Source: Octopus bimaculoides
Lineage: Eukaryota
Direction: 5' to 3'
Length of the DNA stretch: 63,268 bases
NCBI RefSeq assembly: GCF_001194135.2
Contig: NC_068988.1
Span: 52,193,512 to 52,256,779 of the forward strand
The position numbers were made by a program, and so were the translations under genes. Shown here one piece after another: positions 46,701 through 59,272 of this stretch. Every line of letters begins with the position of its first letter. The stretch's first letter is position 1. The notes under the pieces are model-generated. The model worked only from the letters and a program-made list of their open reading frames with translations, did no database searches and was not told the DNA's origin.

Positions 46701-46829
46701 ATAGGTTCTCTTAATGAAAGTTGACCTACTGGGTTCTTCTCCTCCTCCTCCTCATCATCATCATCATTTAACATCTGTCTTCCATGCTGGTATGGATCGG
46801 ATGGTTTGAAAGGGAACTGGCTAGCCAGA

Positions 46830-47115
46830 GGACTGTCTGCTTTGGCATGGTTTTTACAGCTAGAAGCCCTAACACCAACCATTTTACACAGTGGACTGAG
46901 TGCATTTCATATGCCACCAGCACTGACAATGTCTGTTTTGGCATGGTTTTCACAGCCAGATGCCTTTCCTAATGCCAACCACTTTACAGAAGTGACTGGG
47001 TGCTTTTTACATGGCACCAGCACTGGTGAGGTTTGTTTTGGCATGGTTTTCATGGCTGGATGCCCTTCCTAGCACCAATCACTTTACATAGTAGTGTGAG
47101 TGCTTTTATGTGGCA
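46830..47115 (-). repeat. Three tandem ~96-100-bp copies of an internal family A segment
   Basis: TTGGCATGGTTTT...CCAACCA...GCACCAGCACTG recurs at ~46842, 46938, 47038. Confidence 0.75.
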
Positions 47116-50100
47116 CCAGTACCAGCCAGCTGAATCTCCAATAAATCATAATGAAATTGAAATCAAATTTGATGACAGAACCACGTGACTGGCATCCATG
47201 CCAGTGGAGCGCGATTGTTACCAGAGCAGCTGACTGGCTCCCACGCCGGTGGCACGTAAAAAGTACCATTTGAGCATGATTATTACTAGTGTCACCTTAC
47301 TATCACTTGTGCCGGTGGCATGTGAAAAACAACATTCAAGTGAGGTCGTTGCCCATGTTGCTGGACTGGCTCCTATGCAGGTGGCATGTAAAAAACACCA
47401 TTTGAGCATGGCCGTTGCCAGTACTGCCTGACTGGCCCTCATGCATGTGGCATGTAAAAAGCATCCACTACACTCTTGGAGTGGTTGGTGTTAGGAAGGG
47501 CATTCAGCTGTAGAAACTCTGCCAGATCAGATTGGAGCCTGGTGCAGCCATCTGGCTCGCCAGTCCTCAGTCAAACCGTCCAACCCATGCCAGCATGGAA
47601 AGAGGACATTAAATGATGATTATGATGAACAGTGTGGTGGGACACAAAACAAAAACTGGAGAGTTACAGTTGAAACACCTTTCATAACAGGGTTTATTCT
47701 AAGCTAAAGAAATAAGTATCTATAAGTAGGTTGTGTATGCAACATGCATGTGGTTGATAAGTTTGCTTTTAAACCACATGATCCTACCCACTGCATGGCA
47801 CCTTGGGCAAGTGTCTTCTACTATAAATCCAAGCTGACCAAAGCTTTGTGAGTGGAACTGATATAAAAACTGAAAGATGCCCATCATATACACAGGCACA
47901 CATATCTATATACACATACATACACACATATTTATATATATGCATGTGTGTGTCTCCTTGTCCAGACATCATATGATAGTTGTGAATGAGTATCTGTCAT
48001 ACAAGCAACATCATTCATTTCCAATATTCTGAAAAAATACATCTGAGCATGGAGAAATATTAACCTTGCTTAAAAACAGGTGAGGGTTGATGACAGGCAG
48101 GGCATCCAGCTGTAGAAAATCTACCCCACTAATGTCTATGTGACCCATGCAAGCATGGAAAAGTGGACATTAAAACGATGAGGATGTCTGCAGAAGTAGG
48201 TTAAGTAGTCTCTAAACTTCAGTGATGAAATAAACTGATTGAATGTGGCAATGCACCTACAAAGCTTCCCTCTGAGACACAAGTCCGGGCAAGGTCGTTT
48301 CTGGAAGACCAGCAGTCTCCCATGCATACCAACCTCCCCTCTCCATGCCACCAATGTTACCCACAGAAAAGACAGAGGCCAGTACAACTCATTTCTACAG
48401 CTGAGTGAACTTGAGCAACGTGAACTAAAGTGTCTTGCTCAAGAACACAGCATGGTCCAGGAATTGAACACACTACTTCATGACTGTGAGCCCGACGTTC
48501 TAACCACTGAGTCATGCGCCTTCACAAACTGATTTAGTGACAGAATTGTTTTAATGGAAATAAATATTATTTTTGTATCAAAATAGTAGACAATTAACTA
48601 GAGTTGGTAAGTCAAACGATGCTGATTTTGGAATCAGCAGCCCACATATATCCAAGAATGTGAATAACTTCTAAGGCACCAATATGTAAGGAACAACTGA
48701 GACTCCCAAGTTTCAGTACATAAAGAGATTTGTTAGCATAAAAAGGAATCTACTGAATTTCAAATTATTTCAGAAATTCAATCTGGGTCTGAGTATAAAA
48801 TGAGTAACAAATTTACTTGTATGAAACACCTGGCAGTTTGTTGTGCTTGAAAAGACATGTCAAGCTAAGTAAATGCGGGGTTGCCCTTGCACACAAGCTC
48901 ATCCCCTGCAACCCTAATCTTGTGGTCTTGCAGGTGCTGGTGCCACATAAAAAGCACTAGTGCCAGTGCTGCGTAAAAGCACCCAATACACTCCGTAAAG
49001 TGGCTGGCATTAAGAAGGGAATCTAGCTGTAGAAACCTTGCAAAAACAGCCTTTCAGCTCCTGTCAAACTGCCCAACACATGTCAGCATGGACAACGGAC
49101 ATTAAATGATGATGATGATAGTTGCTTTTATCATTTAGTTGAGTGAAAAAAAAAGGTGGCAAGCTGGTAGCATCACTACGAAACTGGACAGAATGCTTAG
49201 CAGCATTTCTTCCAGCTCTTTACATTCCAAGTTCAAATTCTACCAAGGCTGATTTTGCCTCTCATCCTTTCAGGGTTGATAAAATAAGTATCAATTGAAC
49301 ACTGGGGCCAGTGTAATCAACTCCCCCATCCTCAGAGTTTGCTGGCCTTATGCCAAAATAAGAAAGGATTAGTTTAGTTGAGGAAACTGTGGCACGCTGA
49401 CAGAATCATTATTACACCAGACAAAATGCCTAGCAGGATTTTTTCTGGCTCTTTAAATTCCGAGTTCAAATTTTGACAAGATTGGCTTTGCTTTTTATCC
49501 TTTCAGGGTCAATAAAATAAGTACCAGTCAAGTACCAGGGTTACTATAATTAACTAGCCCCTTCACACAAAATTTCAGGTCTTGTGCTTATAACAGTTGA
49601 GAAAAAAATAAAAAGCAGAGTTCATGACTTTTGTGTGACTTCTTTGACCTCTACTTCTCAATCTTTTTGACTTTCTGGGAGACTGGAGAATAAATAATGA
49701 AAAAAATGATAACTGGTGCATTTGTAATTCATCATCAATGTTTTGACATCCACTTTACCATGCTTGAATGGATCAGATGGAATTTGGTGAGGCAGATTTT
49801 CTACAGTCAGATGTCCTTCCTGTTGCCAACCCTCACCTGTTTCTGAACAAAGTAACATTTTCCCCATGTCCAGACATATTTTCCATGGAAGATTGGAAAT
49901 GAGCAACATCATTTGTATGAAGAGGATACTCATTTACAGCCATAATGTCAAGACAACAGTACATACAAATTTACTCACATATATACACATACACATATTT
50001 GACAGTTCTTTCAGATTACATCTATCAAATCCACTCAATATTATTGATAAAATCTAATAAAATGAGTCCTTTTTTCTTTGACTCTCTTTATACTTGTACA

Positions 50101-50834
50101 TTATATAATCCTTAAGCTTAATGTCAGTAGCCATCCCCTAGTTTATGAAAAAAAAAATACAAAAACCCTTGCAAAGAACTGTGCACTTCAAAGTTCTAGC
50201 GATGCGGTGTTTGGCTGTTATACACATGCTCACATGTCCGAGATAGGAAGCTGCACACTAGGGAGAGAGAGCACTGTGGTTCATGCAGTGCTGACCCTGG
50301 TGTGCTGGTGAAAGGTAATGTTTCTTTTTGACTTCGCATGTATTGTGCTTAAAAACATATTCTTGAATGTGATAAAGTGTAGAATTAGATTATTATCCTA
50401 CTTCCATCTACAGTGTTGCTGCCAGGATTTGAAAAATAGGGCAGATCCCCCCACTACCATTTTGTTATTTAGGGGGCATTTTTGAAAAACAAGGGGCAAT
50501 TTGCAATGGTGTTCAGTGAACAAATTAAACACACTACCTGGCAGTGGCTAAAATGCAAACCGACCAAGTTTATGTATAAATTATCTTTTTATATGTTTGT
50601 TTCCTTTTACACAATATTAAAACAATGGCTAAACATTTTCTGAAGCAGCACCCCAACTAATTTTATCTATGAGCCACCACTGGTCCAAGGTACCATGCAG
50701 TGAGACTGTACCCAAGACCACATGGTTGAGAAGCAAGCTTCTTAACCACACAGTCACACCTGTGCCTGATTAAATTACATAAAGTTACTGGTATGCCTCA
50801 CATGAAACGTTATATACAACTATGTATGTGTATG

Positions 50835-50881
<47 letters not shown>

Positions 50882-51063
50882 CAATTGTTCACCTTGTTTT
50901 ATTAATCATATTTGAGTAAATCAGAATAATGACTAATATGTGTTTTAAGACATTCAAGTATTAGTATGTTACGGAGATGTACTTGCATACCAAGCGTTTT
51001 TATCTGTGACTGTGTGTCGAATTTAAGACAATTGCATCATAGAAGACACAGGTCAGCCATTCA

Positions 51064-51250
51064 GAAATACACAAAGACCATTAACTTCACTTAAACATTT
51101 ATTATTTGTAATGTGGTATTAAAATTTTCAATGCTCAAAACTGCGACCTGGACACTGACAAGATTTGTGCTGCATCTCAGTTTCAAGTAATGAAAATTTC
51201 ACCACCATATAATAAACGCTGAAGTGAAGTTAACATTCTTTGTGTGTTTC
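51064..51250. repeat. Imperfect inverted repeat (~60-67-bp arms, 60-nt spacer), MITE-like
   Basis: 51064-51130 GAAATACACAAAGACCATTAACTTCACTT...AAAATTTTCA vs reverse complement of 51191-51250. Confidence 0.7.
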
Positions 51251-54200
51251 CATACGGTAATTATCTGTATTTGTATGAACTTTCTAAAACCTTAAATTTT
51301 AGTTTTAATATATATGCTACAGTAATGTGAGAACTACTGTCTTTGACTGGTGAGGTTGATGCTTGTTGAGAAAATAAGGCCCAGGAAGGTATTCCAGAGT
51401 ACAGGTACTTATAATCTGCACTAATTTATGAGTAACAATTTCAACTTTCTGCATTTGCCAGACTAGTTTACTAGTACCTTGCACATTAAGTATTAATAAA
51501 CTTGTTCCACCTATACTAATGTACAGGTACCTGTATTTCATTTAATTATCTAAGTAAATTTAATATTTGTTTAATTTAGAGTGTGTTGACAAAGGAACTT
51601 GGAAAAGCTTTGGAACCAAAGGTTTCTGAAAAATCAATGTTATTCATGTACTGCAGTTTGGAATAGGAATGACTACAGAAACTGTTTATTGTTTAATCCT
51701 TCAGTGTTCAGATAACTTTGTAGAATGTGATGCTTATATATTCACATTGTTTTAAATTAACCATGCATTGTAACATAGCTTTGAGATTTCAATGATGTGA
51801 TTCTTTATTTTTTAAGAATGATGTTGTTGGATAACTGTGTTGTTGGATAACAGGTAAAATATTTCAGTCCGATATGGCTAGATTAAATGCTAAAGTAGGA
51901 ACAACAAAAGGAGAGGCTAATGCACTGAATTGGCTTGGGCAGAAGTGGTAGAGTTATAGTGAAGAAAATAGTTCTATTAAGTATTGGTTTAGTTGCAGGA
52001 ACTATTAGAAACCACATCTATTTAACTAAATTTTGTAATAAATGTCCTCACTTTTCCTTTACTATTCCAACTCTACCTGATACAGATCTTGAGTCCTTCA
52101 ATGAAGTCTTTTGTGGTTGCCATGACCTGTTTGAAACTGTGGTCCCTAGCTTCAAGGCAGTGAAGGGAGAAATTTTTACCTGCGGTATTGAACCATCAAG
52201 TGATCTGTAACAACTAGAATAACATAACAAGCAAAAAGATAAGGTAAGAAGAGGGCTTGTATGTGGTTGGTTGACTTATTAGAATTAGCAGCTAAAACTT
52301 CCTCAAATCTTATTTTTCCTTCTTTAAAAAGAGGATGGGCACACTGAATACGCTATGTCTGAAAACAAAAGACAAGATTGTAAATGTTGGAACAATTCTG
52401 CTCACAAGTCTGTTGGACCCAAGCTAACCTCTTGAGAAAGAAAAAAAAATCTGGTATTTATGAAATAGAGAGAAACCTTTAAGAAGATATAAAATCTAAG
52501 ATTATCAGATCAAACTAATAAGTCATGGTTCTTAAAATATCTGACATGCTGAATATCTTCTACACATCACCAAATATTGAACCAACAAGGTCACTCAATC
52601 TGTGAGAAACAGCACAAATTTTCCAGAAATTACACCCTACTGTTTTATGAAAACAAAACAAAGAAGGACACATTAGATAATGTTGTTTGAGATAAATAAA
52701 AAGCTGGTATAGTGATGGCTGGAATATCATTGATGATAGACTCACTTAATCAGAGTTCAACAGGAGTTAAACAACCATTACCATCAACAAAAACTAGTTT
52801 ACCATTAATAATGGTTTCAAATTTTGGAACAAGGCCAGCAACTTCAAGGAAAGAGTTAAGTTGATTACATCAACACCAGTACTCAACTGCTACTTATTTT
52901 ATTGATCCCAAAAGGATGAAAGGTAAAGTTGACCTCAGAACGTAAAGACAGATGACATGCTGCTAAGCATTTTTTGCTCAGCATACTTATGATTTGCTAG
53001 CTCATTGCCTTAAGTTTACCATTAATAATAATGATAATCAACATCCAAACAGCATATACAATTCCTTTCATCCTCATCATCATCATTTAACATCCATGTT
53101 CCTGTGGATGGTTTAACAGGTTTTGATGGGGGCCAAAGATTGCATCGTACTTTGGTGTCTACTTTGGTATGGTTTCTATAGCTGGATATCCTTCCTGAAA
53201 TCTACCACTTTACAACAAGTACTTGGTGCTCTTTTTGTACCATCAGCACCAGTGAGGTCATCATGCAGCTCGCAAGACAACGAACTCCAATGAAGTGGGG
53301 AAAGATTGTCAGGTTTATGTTAGGAGATGAGTTAAAGTATGAGAGACTGGTGGGAGCACATTCATCATCATCATTTAGCATCCGTTTTCCATGTTCATGG
53401 CATAGGTTAGATGATTTGATTTTAACTGGCATGCTGGAGACTGGTAACCAGGCTCCAGTTTGTTTTGGGCTGGTTTCTAAGGCTGGATGCCTTTCCTAAT
53501 GCCAACCACTCCACAGAGTGTACCGGATACCTTTTATGTGTCACCAGCACAGCTTATGGTCAAATTTTTATTTTGAACATTGAAACTGACAAGGCCTTGT
53601 TTCTGTAAAAGACCAATAATGGGTTAAATATTTTGCAAAATCTACCTGGATGCTTGATGTCAATCAGCCATTGCCCTTAAACCATAAGATTTACAGAAAA
53701 AGTACCCGGAATGGGAGCCCCAACATGTGCCATCTGGATCTTTACCCATTATTCTTACTGGGAAGCTAAGACAGTAGCGCTATCCCTTGGTCAAAATGAA
53801 CAATACATAGGGTGACAAAGGAGTTATGATGGGTTTCCGAGTTATTGTAACCAATTTCTCCACAATTTCTTTGTACCTATCAATAAAGATCAATATTGTG
53901 AAAGAAATACATTAGAAAAAAAGGTTTAGAGGTTAATATGAAATGGATTTAATTGTGTTCTTGTGAAGCATTCTTCAAATACAAAAACATTTAAACATAA
54001 TGATTTCATCTTAACATATAATGGTTGTATAAACATGATGCCTTATAACAGGAATTACATTTTTAACTAAAAGAAAAGTTATATAATTGTCATTTGTACT
54101 AATTTCAAATTATAGCTATCACAATATAATGTTTGGCATTCTAAGTATCTGAGATAAAACTCCCTAATAATCTAACAAAACTGTTGAGTTTTCATTTTTT

Positions 54201-55390
54201 TCAACTTTTCACATCTAAATCTCTACACATTACCCTAAATATATACATGCACAACACCTACTGTCCAGACAGTGATGGTCTGGAATCACTTATAATCCAT
54301 ACTAATTAACACTTATGTACAAGTAACTGCATTTCATTTAATTATTCAAGTAAATTTAATATCTGTTTAATCTAGAGTGTGTTAACCAAGCTGACCACCT
54401 CTGGTTGGGAAAATCAGTAATTCAAAAAAACTTTGAAACCAATGGTTTCAGAAAAACGATATTGTACCTGTATCACAAAACCTGCATGTGGATTATTACA
54501 AAGGTTTTGCAGTAAAGAAGTTTCACATTATTTCCACTAAAAAGGATGGAAATTTCGTTCACATTGTTATGCTTTTTATGAAAGTTAGGGTTGAGAGAAA
54601 TCTGAAAGAGTTTCCTACCTTGATGAAATTTCTGTTGCTAAAGAACTACTAGTAACTTAAAAATTATTCTACCGATACCTAATTGCTTTTCACTGGCTCA
54701 TTATTTTCTATTGAACTAATATATGAGCAGCTTTTCCCAAAGGGTAAGCATTTTGGAATGATTTTAACACACAATTCTCATTTTAACTATCAATTAGTAC
54801 AACTATGGCGACAATAAGAAGCAGTTACAAAATATCCGCTTGGTGCCCTTGCTAAGAGGGAGCTTCAGTGTGGTCACGCAACTTCTAGAAATAACAGCCA
54901 AACTTTTTCTTAAATCGCACCCTACCAGCTTTAAAAAAAAAAATGTAGGAGGAAACACATTAGATAATGAAGTTTTGTATCCCAAAAATAATGACACATC
55001 ATTTCTGCTCATAGGTATTTTTGACCAAGACTAACTTGGGACAAAAAGTAAAATAACGATAATAATAATTAGATTTGAGAAAAGTTAATATTTCAATACT
55101 AACATATAACTGGTAGCTTTCGGAAGATAGCAAGATCTTCGAACTTAAGAGCAAAGTTAAACTAAATAGACATCCGATATTTTAATAGTAATCATTGTTG
55201 TTTGTGAGAAATTCAACCCAATCAAATGATTTGTAATTCTTAATCACAAATGAATCTTATCTTTAAATACAAACAGAAGGATTCGATACGCTGTTTATAG
55301 TGGTAAAGCATTGTCAGCATTCAGTAAATAGATGATAAGTTTGGATCTTGTTGTCCCTGGCTGGATTATATTTCTGGAAAAAGCATACGG

Positions 55391-55733
55391 ACAGAAGTCC
55401 TTAACAAAAAAAACAAAAAACAAATAAATCATAATAATAATAAAAAGATGTTCTCATGAGATAAAATTAATATTACATTGAGTTAACAAATAATACATTT
55501 TAACAAATGTTTGCAGAAGAAATAGTGACGGAATCTCAGCACCACCAATTCCATCTGACAAATAAATTAATCATACAACCACATACATATAAGACATGGA
55601 ACGGAGATCGCAGCTGGAATGTGTCACTGATTGTTGTTACTGATGAAGTGAGTGATACTGGTTACAGAGTTGCGCCGGTTTTTACCAAAGTGCTTTCCGT
55701 AAAATATAAATGGATCTTTTTAAAAAGAAAGTT
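55391..55733 (+). repeat. Left arm of inverted repeat flanking TRAPPC6B
   Basis: Matches reverse complement of 57347-57669 at about 90% by eye, with small indels. Confidence 0.93.
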
Positions 55734-55977
55734 ATTTTTACAATATTTTTTTTAGTTTCCAAAATGGCAACAACTCTCTTTGTGTTATATATAGATAGAT
55801 AGATATACACACACTCAAAAAGAATGCATGTATAAAGAGTAATCCTATCTCCACAGTAACACAGTAGAAAACTTGGTTCATCGACTACGTATGTCCGGAA
55901 TATAAATATTACCACGACATACTAATCAACAAGACAGAGAGATTGTGATAACATTATCTAAAGGCATGACTACATCA

Positions 55978-56445
55978 CTAAAGTCTTTGAATATGGATCT
56001 GGAATTTGCACGATGGCATAACTGTAACTTCAGCTGTAACTACACAGTTGATTCCCAAATTGGAGAGGGCTCCACGTATAATACCACAAGACATGGCTAA
56101 ATATTTTGGGGCGTTTTCAAGATACTGCTTTCCTGAAGATAACTGCACAAGAAAACGAAAACGGTTATCAAGCAATACATACACTCCCATGTGATTGGTA
56201 CGTAGGTTATCCACTTGTTTTTTATATACAGCCATCCAAAAGTCTTTACATATAAATTTCATAGTGTCTAGTTCGTCCTTATATCGGGGCCAGTCGCGAG
56301 TAAAGCGCTCCACTAGCGATTGTCCGACACGGAATCCTAACGATTCTAGGTGTGAAATACAGTTTTCTTTCTCGTCTTTTGTCGCCGTTCGGTAAACATA
56401 GTTAATTATTTCCATGTGTAAAAATTCAAACATAACTTCATCCAT
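55978..56445 (-). CDS. TRAPPC6B: Trafficking protein particle complex subunit 6B-like (TRAPP Bet3-family), intronless, 155 aa
   Basis: MDEVMFEFLHMEII...LESLGFRVGQSLVERFTRD..RYKDELDTMKFICKDFW..VYKKQVDNLRTNHMGVYVLLDN.FRFL...YLAMSCGIIRGALSNLGI...VTAEV...PSCKFQI is a full-length TRAPPC6/Trs33 sequence; ATG to stop in a single ORF. Confidence 0.96.
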   Translation of the reverse strand: MDEVMFEFLHMEIINYVYRTATKDEKENCISHLESLGFRVGQSLVERFTRDWPRYKDELDTMKFICKDFWMAVYKKQVDNLRTNHMGVYVLLDNRFRFLVQLSSGKQYLENAPKYLAMSCGIIRGALSNLGINCVVTAEVTVMPSCKFQIHIQRL

Positions 56446-56526
56446 GATTTATATTTATATTCCGAAAATTTGACAAGAAAATAACCACCTACTATCAAAT
56501 CAAACTGTTGTTATAAAGAGCTCTTC

Positions 56527-56535
56527 ACCGGAAGT
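56527..56535. promoter_or_regulatory. ETS-family site ACCGGAAGT ~80 bp upstream of the TRAPPC6B ATG, in a CpG-rich putative promoter
   Basis: Exact ETS consensus, common in housekeeping promoters; function not demonstrated. Confidence 0.5.
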
Positions 56536-57346
56536 TCTCAACAGTTATCTACCGTTAGCTGCCACTTGTGTAGCAACCCAGCTTCTATATTGATTCCTGT
56601 TTGCGTAAGGATTTTAGTCCGCGATAACTTTGGGATGTGATAGGGCAACAGTCTTCAATCTTTGCACCTCGGACCGGTTAGCCAGACAATTTTTCCACTG
56701 ACCGGGTAATCGCGTGCATAACGAAATACATTGAAATGCATAAGATATATGATTTAATTATTATGTATATAATGCAAGTTACCTGCAGACTGTGATAGTC
56801 AATAAAATAGAAACAAAATTTTAGAATTTGTTCTTTCTGTGCGGTCCGTTACCGAATAATCCATGGCCTAAGACCAAATGATCCGCGGTCTCATGGTTGG
56901 AAACATCTGTGAAAAGGTACTTGACAGTGGAAGGGAATAGTTTACTGAATCGATTCTGTTCATTACTACTACTTATCAATTTTGAAGGGCAAAGCTTTGT
57001 CTCACCTGACGAAACTTCAACTCAGTATGTGGAGTTGAGGGAATACTTAATTAATTTAATGTATTCAATCTTTTTATTACAATTCTTCCAGACCAATTTT
57101 GCTAGTGTAGATAAAGTCGATTGAATCGTCATTAGTATTGTGCTGATGTGCATTTTATCAAACTTCGCTGTTTGATAAGTAAAGTATCTCCTGATAAGAT
57201 TTGAATTAAGTAAAAATACTAAAAGCAAATGCAATAAAGCTGTTAGTCATCTCCGAAACTGCCTCCTTGTGAAATACAAGATGTTAAAGTGTTAACTATA
57301 CTGATATTTAGTGTGAGTCTGGATGCGCCGCATACTCCCCACTACC

Positions 57347-57669
57347 AACTTTCTTTTCAAGAAGATCCATTTATATTTTACGGAAAGGACTTTGGTAAAA
57401 ACCGGCGCAACTCTATGACCAGCACCACTCACTTCATCAGTGACACATTCCAGCTGCGAACTCCTTTCTATGTATGTCTTATATGTATGTAGCTGTATGA
57501 TTAATTTATTTTTCTGGTGGAATTGGTGGTGCTGAGATTCCATCACTATTTCTTCTGCAAACATTTGTTAAAGTATTATTAGTTAACTCAATGTAATATT
57601 AATTTTATCTCATGAGAACATTTTTTTATTATTGTTATTTATTTATTTTTTTTAGTTAAGGACTTCTGT
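57347..57669 (-). repeat. Right arm of inverted repeat flanking TRAPPC6B
   Basis: Reverse complement of 55391-55733. Confidence 0.93.
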
Positions 57670-59272
57670 ATTTCTGTACACTGGTAGATTGTTAGGATGG
57701 CCACATCAGTTATGGGCAAGTTGAACTCAGGGTATAGCAGTTGCTATTATTCTGCATTTGTTGGCGTGTGCTATAATCCTCAGCTTGACTGGCATATGAA
57801 AAATGCATAGCAGGTTGCATCTTTCTACTGGACCAACTAATTGAGAACTGTAGGTTAGCCCAATCAGAGCTGGCCTGGTGCTACACAACTATAAAACAAT
57901 GAGAGAGCCTCTACGTGGCAGCCCAACTTGCTAGAAAATTGGCAAAATTACTCTATATTTTTAAGAAAGGAAACCTTAGATCAGGTAAGGTGGGGGTGGG
58001 GGCTGGAGGTACATTCACTATGTCTTTAAAAAACAGATGAGATAGTCGTAGATGGAGTGCTTTTATTCTTACATTGGCTTAACTTTTTCTCAAACCTCTC
58101 TCACCATCTAAAAATATGATGGTGGGATATTTGATAGTGCAATCCTAGGTATATCCTATCTGAAAAACAATAAGGTTATGGCTTAGGTATCTTTGATTAC
58201 AAGGGGTGTTTTTTTTTTTACCTAATTAGGGCTGAACTGAAACTAAATAAACAAGAACAACTTAAAACATGACACTAGTATTTATAGCAAATTAAAAATA
58301 TTAATTTTAACTTAGCAAAGCATGAGGCTCTATATTTTAATGAATGCCTTTCTCAACAGTATTGGCAACATAAATGAAGTGAAATTTTATCCCAACAAGA
58401 ATAGAAACTATACCAAAATCAACTTCCTGAGAGCTTATCTCTTCATAGTAAAACAAAAATGTTGAGTTCATACAAATATGTAGTTCTTTAGTTTACAGTG
58501 ATCATCGTCGTCATCATTTTACCTTTCACTTTTCCATACTCATACAGATTAGATTAAACTTGTTGAGGCAGAGTTTTCTATGAACAGATGCTCTTCCTGT
58601 TGCCAACTGTTACCTGTTTTCAAGTAAGGTAATATTTCCCCATAACCAGACATGTTTTTTGCTGATGGCTGATGCTCACATCAACTATCATGTGATGTTA
58701 AGGCAAAGAAAAGAGCACACATATATATATAAATATACTTATATATACATGATGAACTTTTTTTTCTTTTTCCACCTACCAAACCCACTCACAAAGCTTT
58801 GGCTGACTCAAAACTATAGTAAAAGATACCTGCCCAAGGTTGGCTGAACATGGCAACATGTGGTAGGAATGCAAACTTCATACCACAGCCACACCTACAA
58901 CTGGCAATCTGCCTAGAAAATGGAATTACTGTTCCTAATTAACAGGTGATTTATTATTCCTATTTATTTTGTCATCTTCATACTTTCCCCAATGATATTA
59001 CCTATATGAATGAAATAGAAGAGAAAATGAGTTGCTCGTAAAGAGTCTATCAGTGCTGAACAATAAAAAAAGTAATACTGAAACTGAAAACATCAGATAA
59101 GCATGAAGCACAGTTTCCTGCAACTCTATATATAATGCCATTTTAAAGCATATGTATGATGCGCATACAGGGTGCCCCCTAGGTTTTGAGGTACGTTACT
59201 AATCTATGTATGCTATGACTTGATGTCAATACAAAATACTTTATGCTTCAGTGTATTGTCTTGGATTAATCC

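Noticed and set aside
55507-55755. ORF-track peptides MFAEEIVTESQHHQF... repeated three times
   Set aside because: They start at TTG/ATG inside AT-rich intron-like sequence and differ by indels; shared text reflects DNA duplication, not this frame being coding
57001-57070. Hammerhead-like CTGACGA + 9-bp stem + GAATAC
   Set aside because: GAAA core is broken and no adjacent stem I can form; may be chance or a very old remnant
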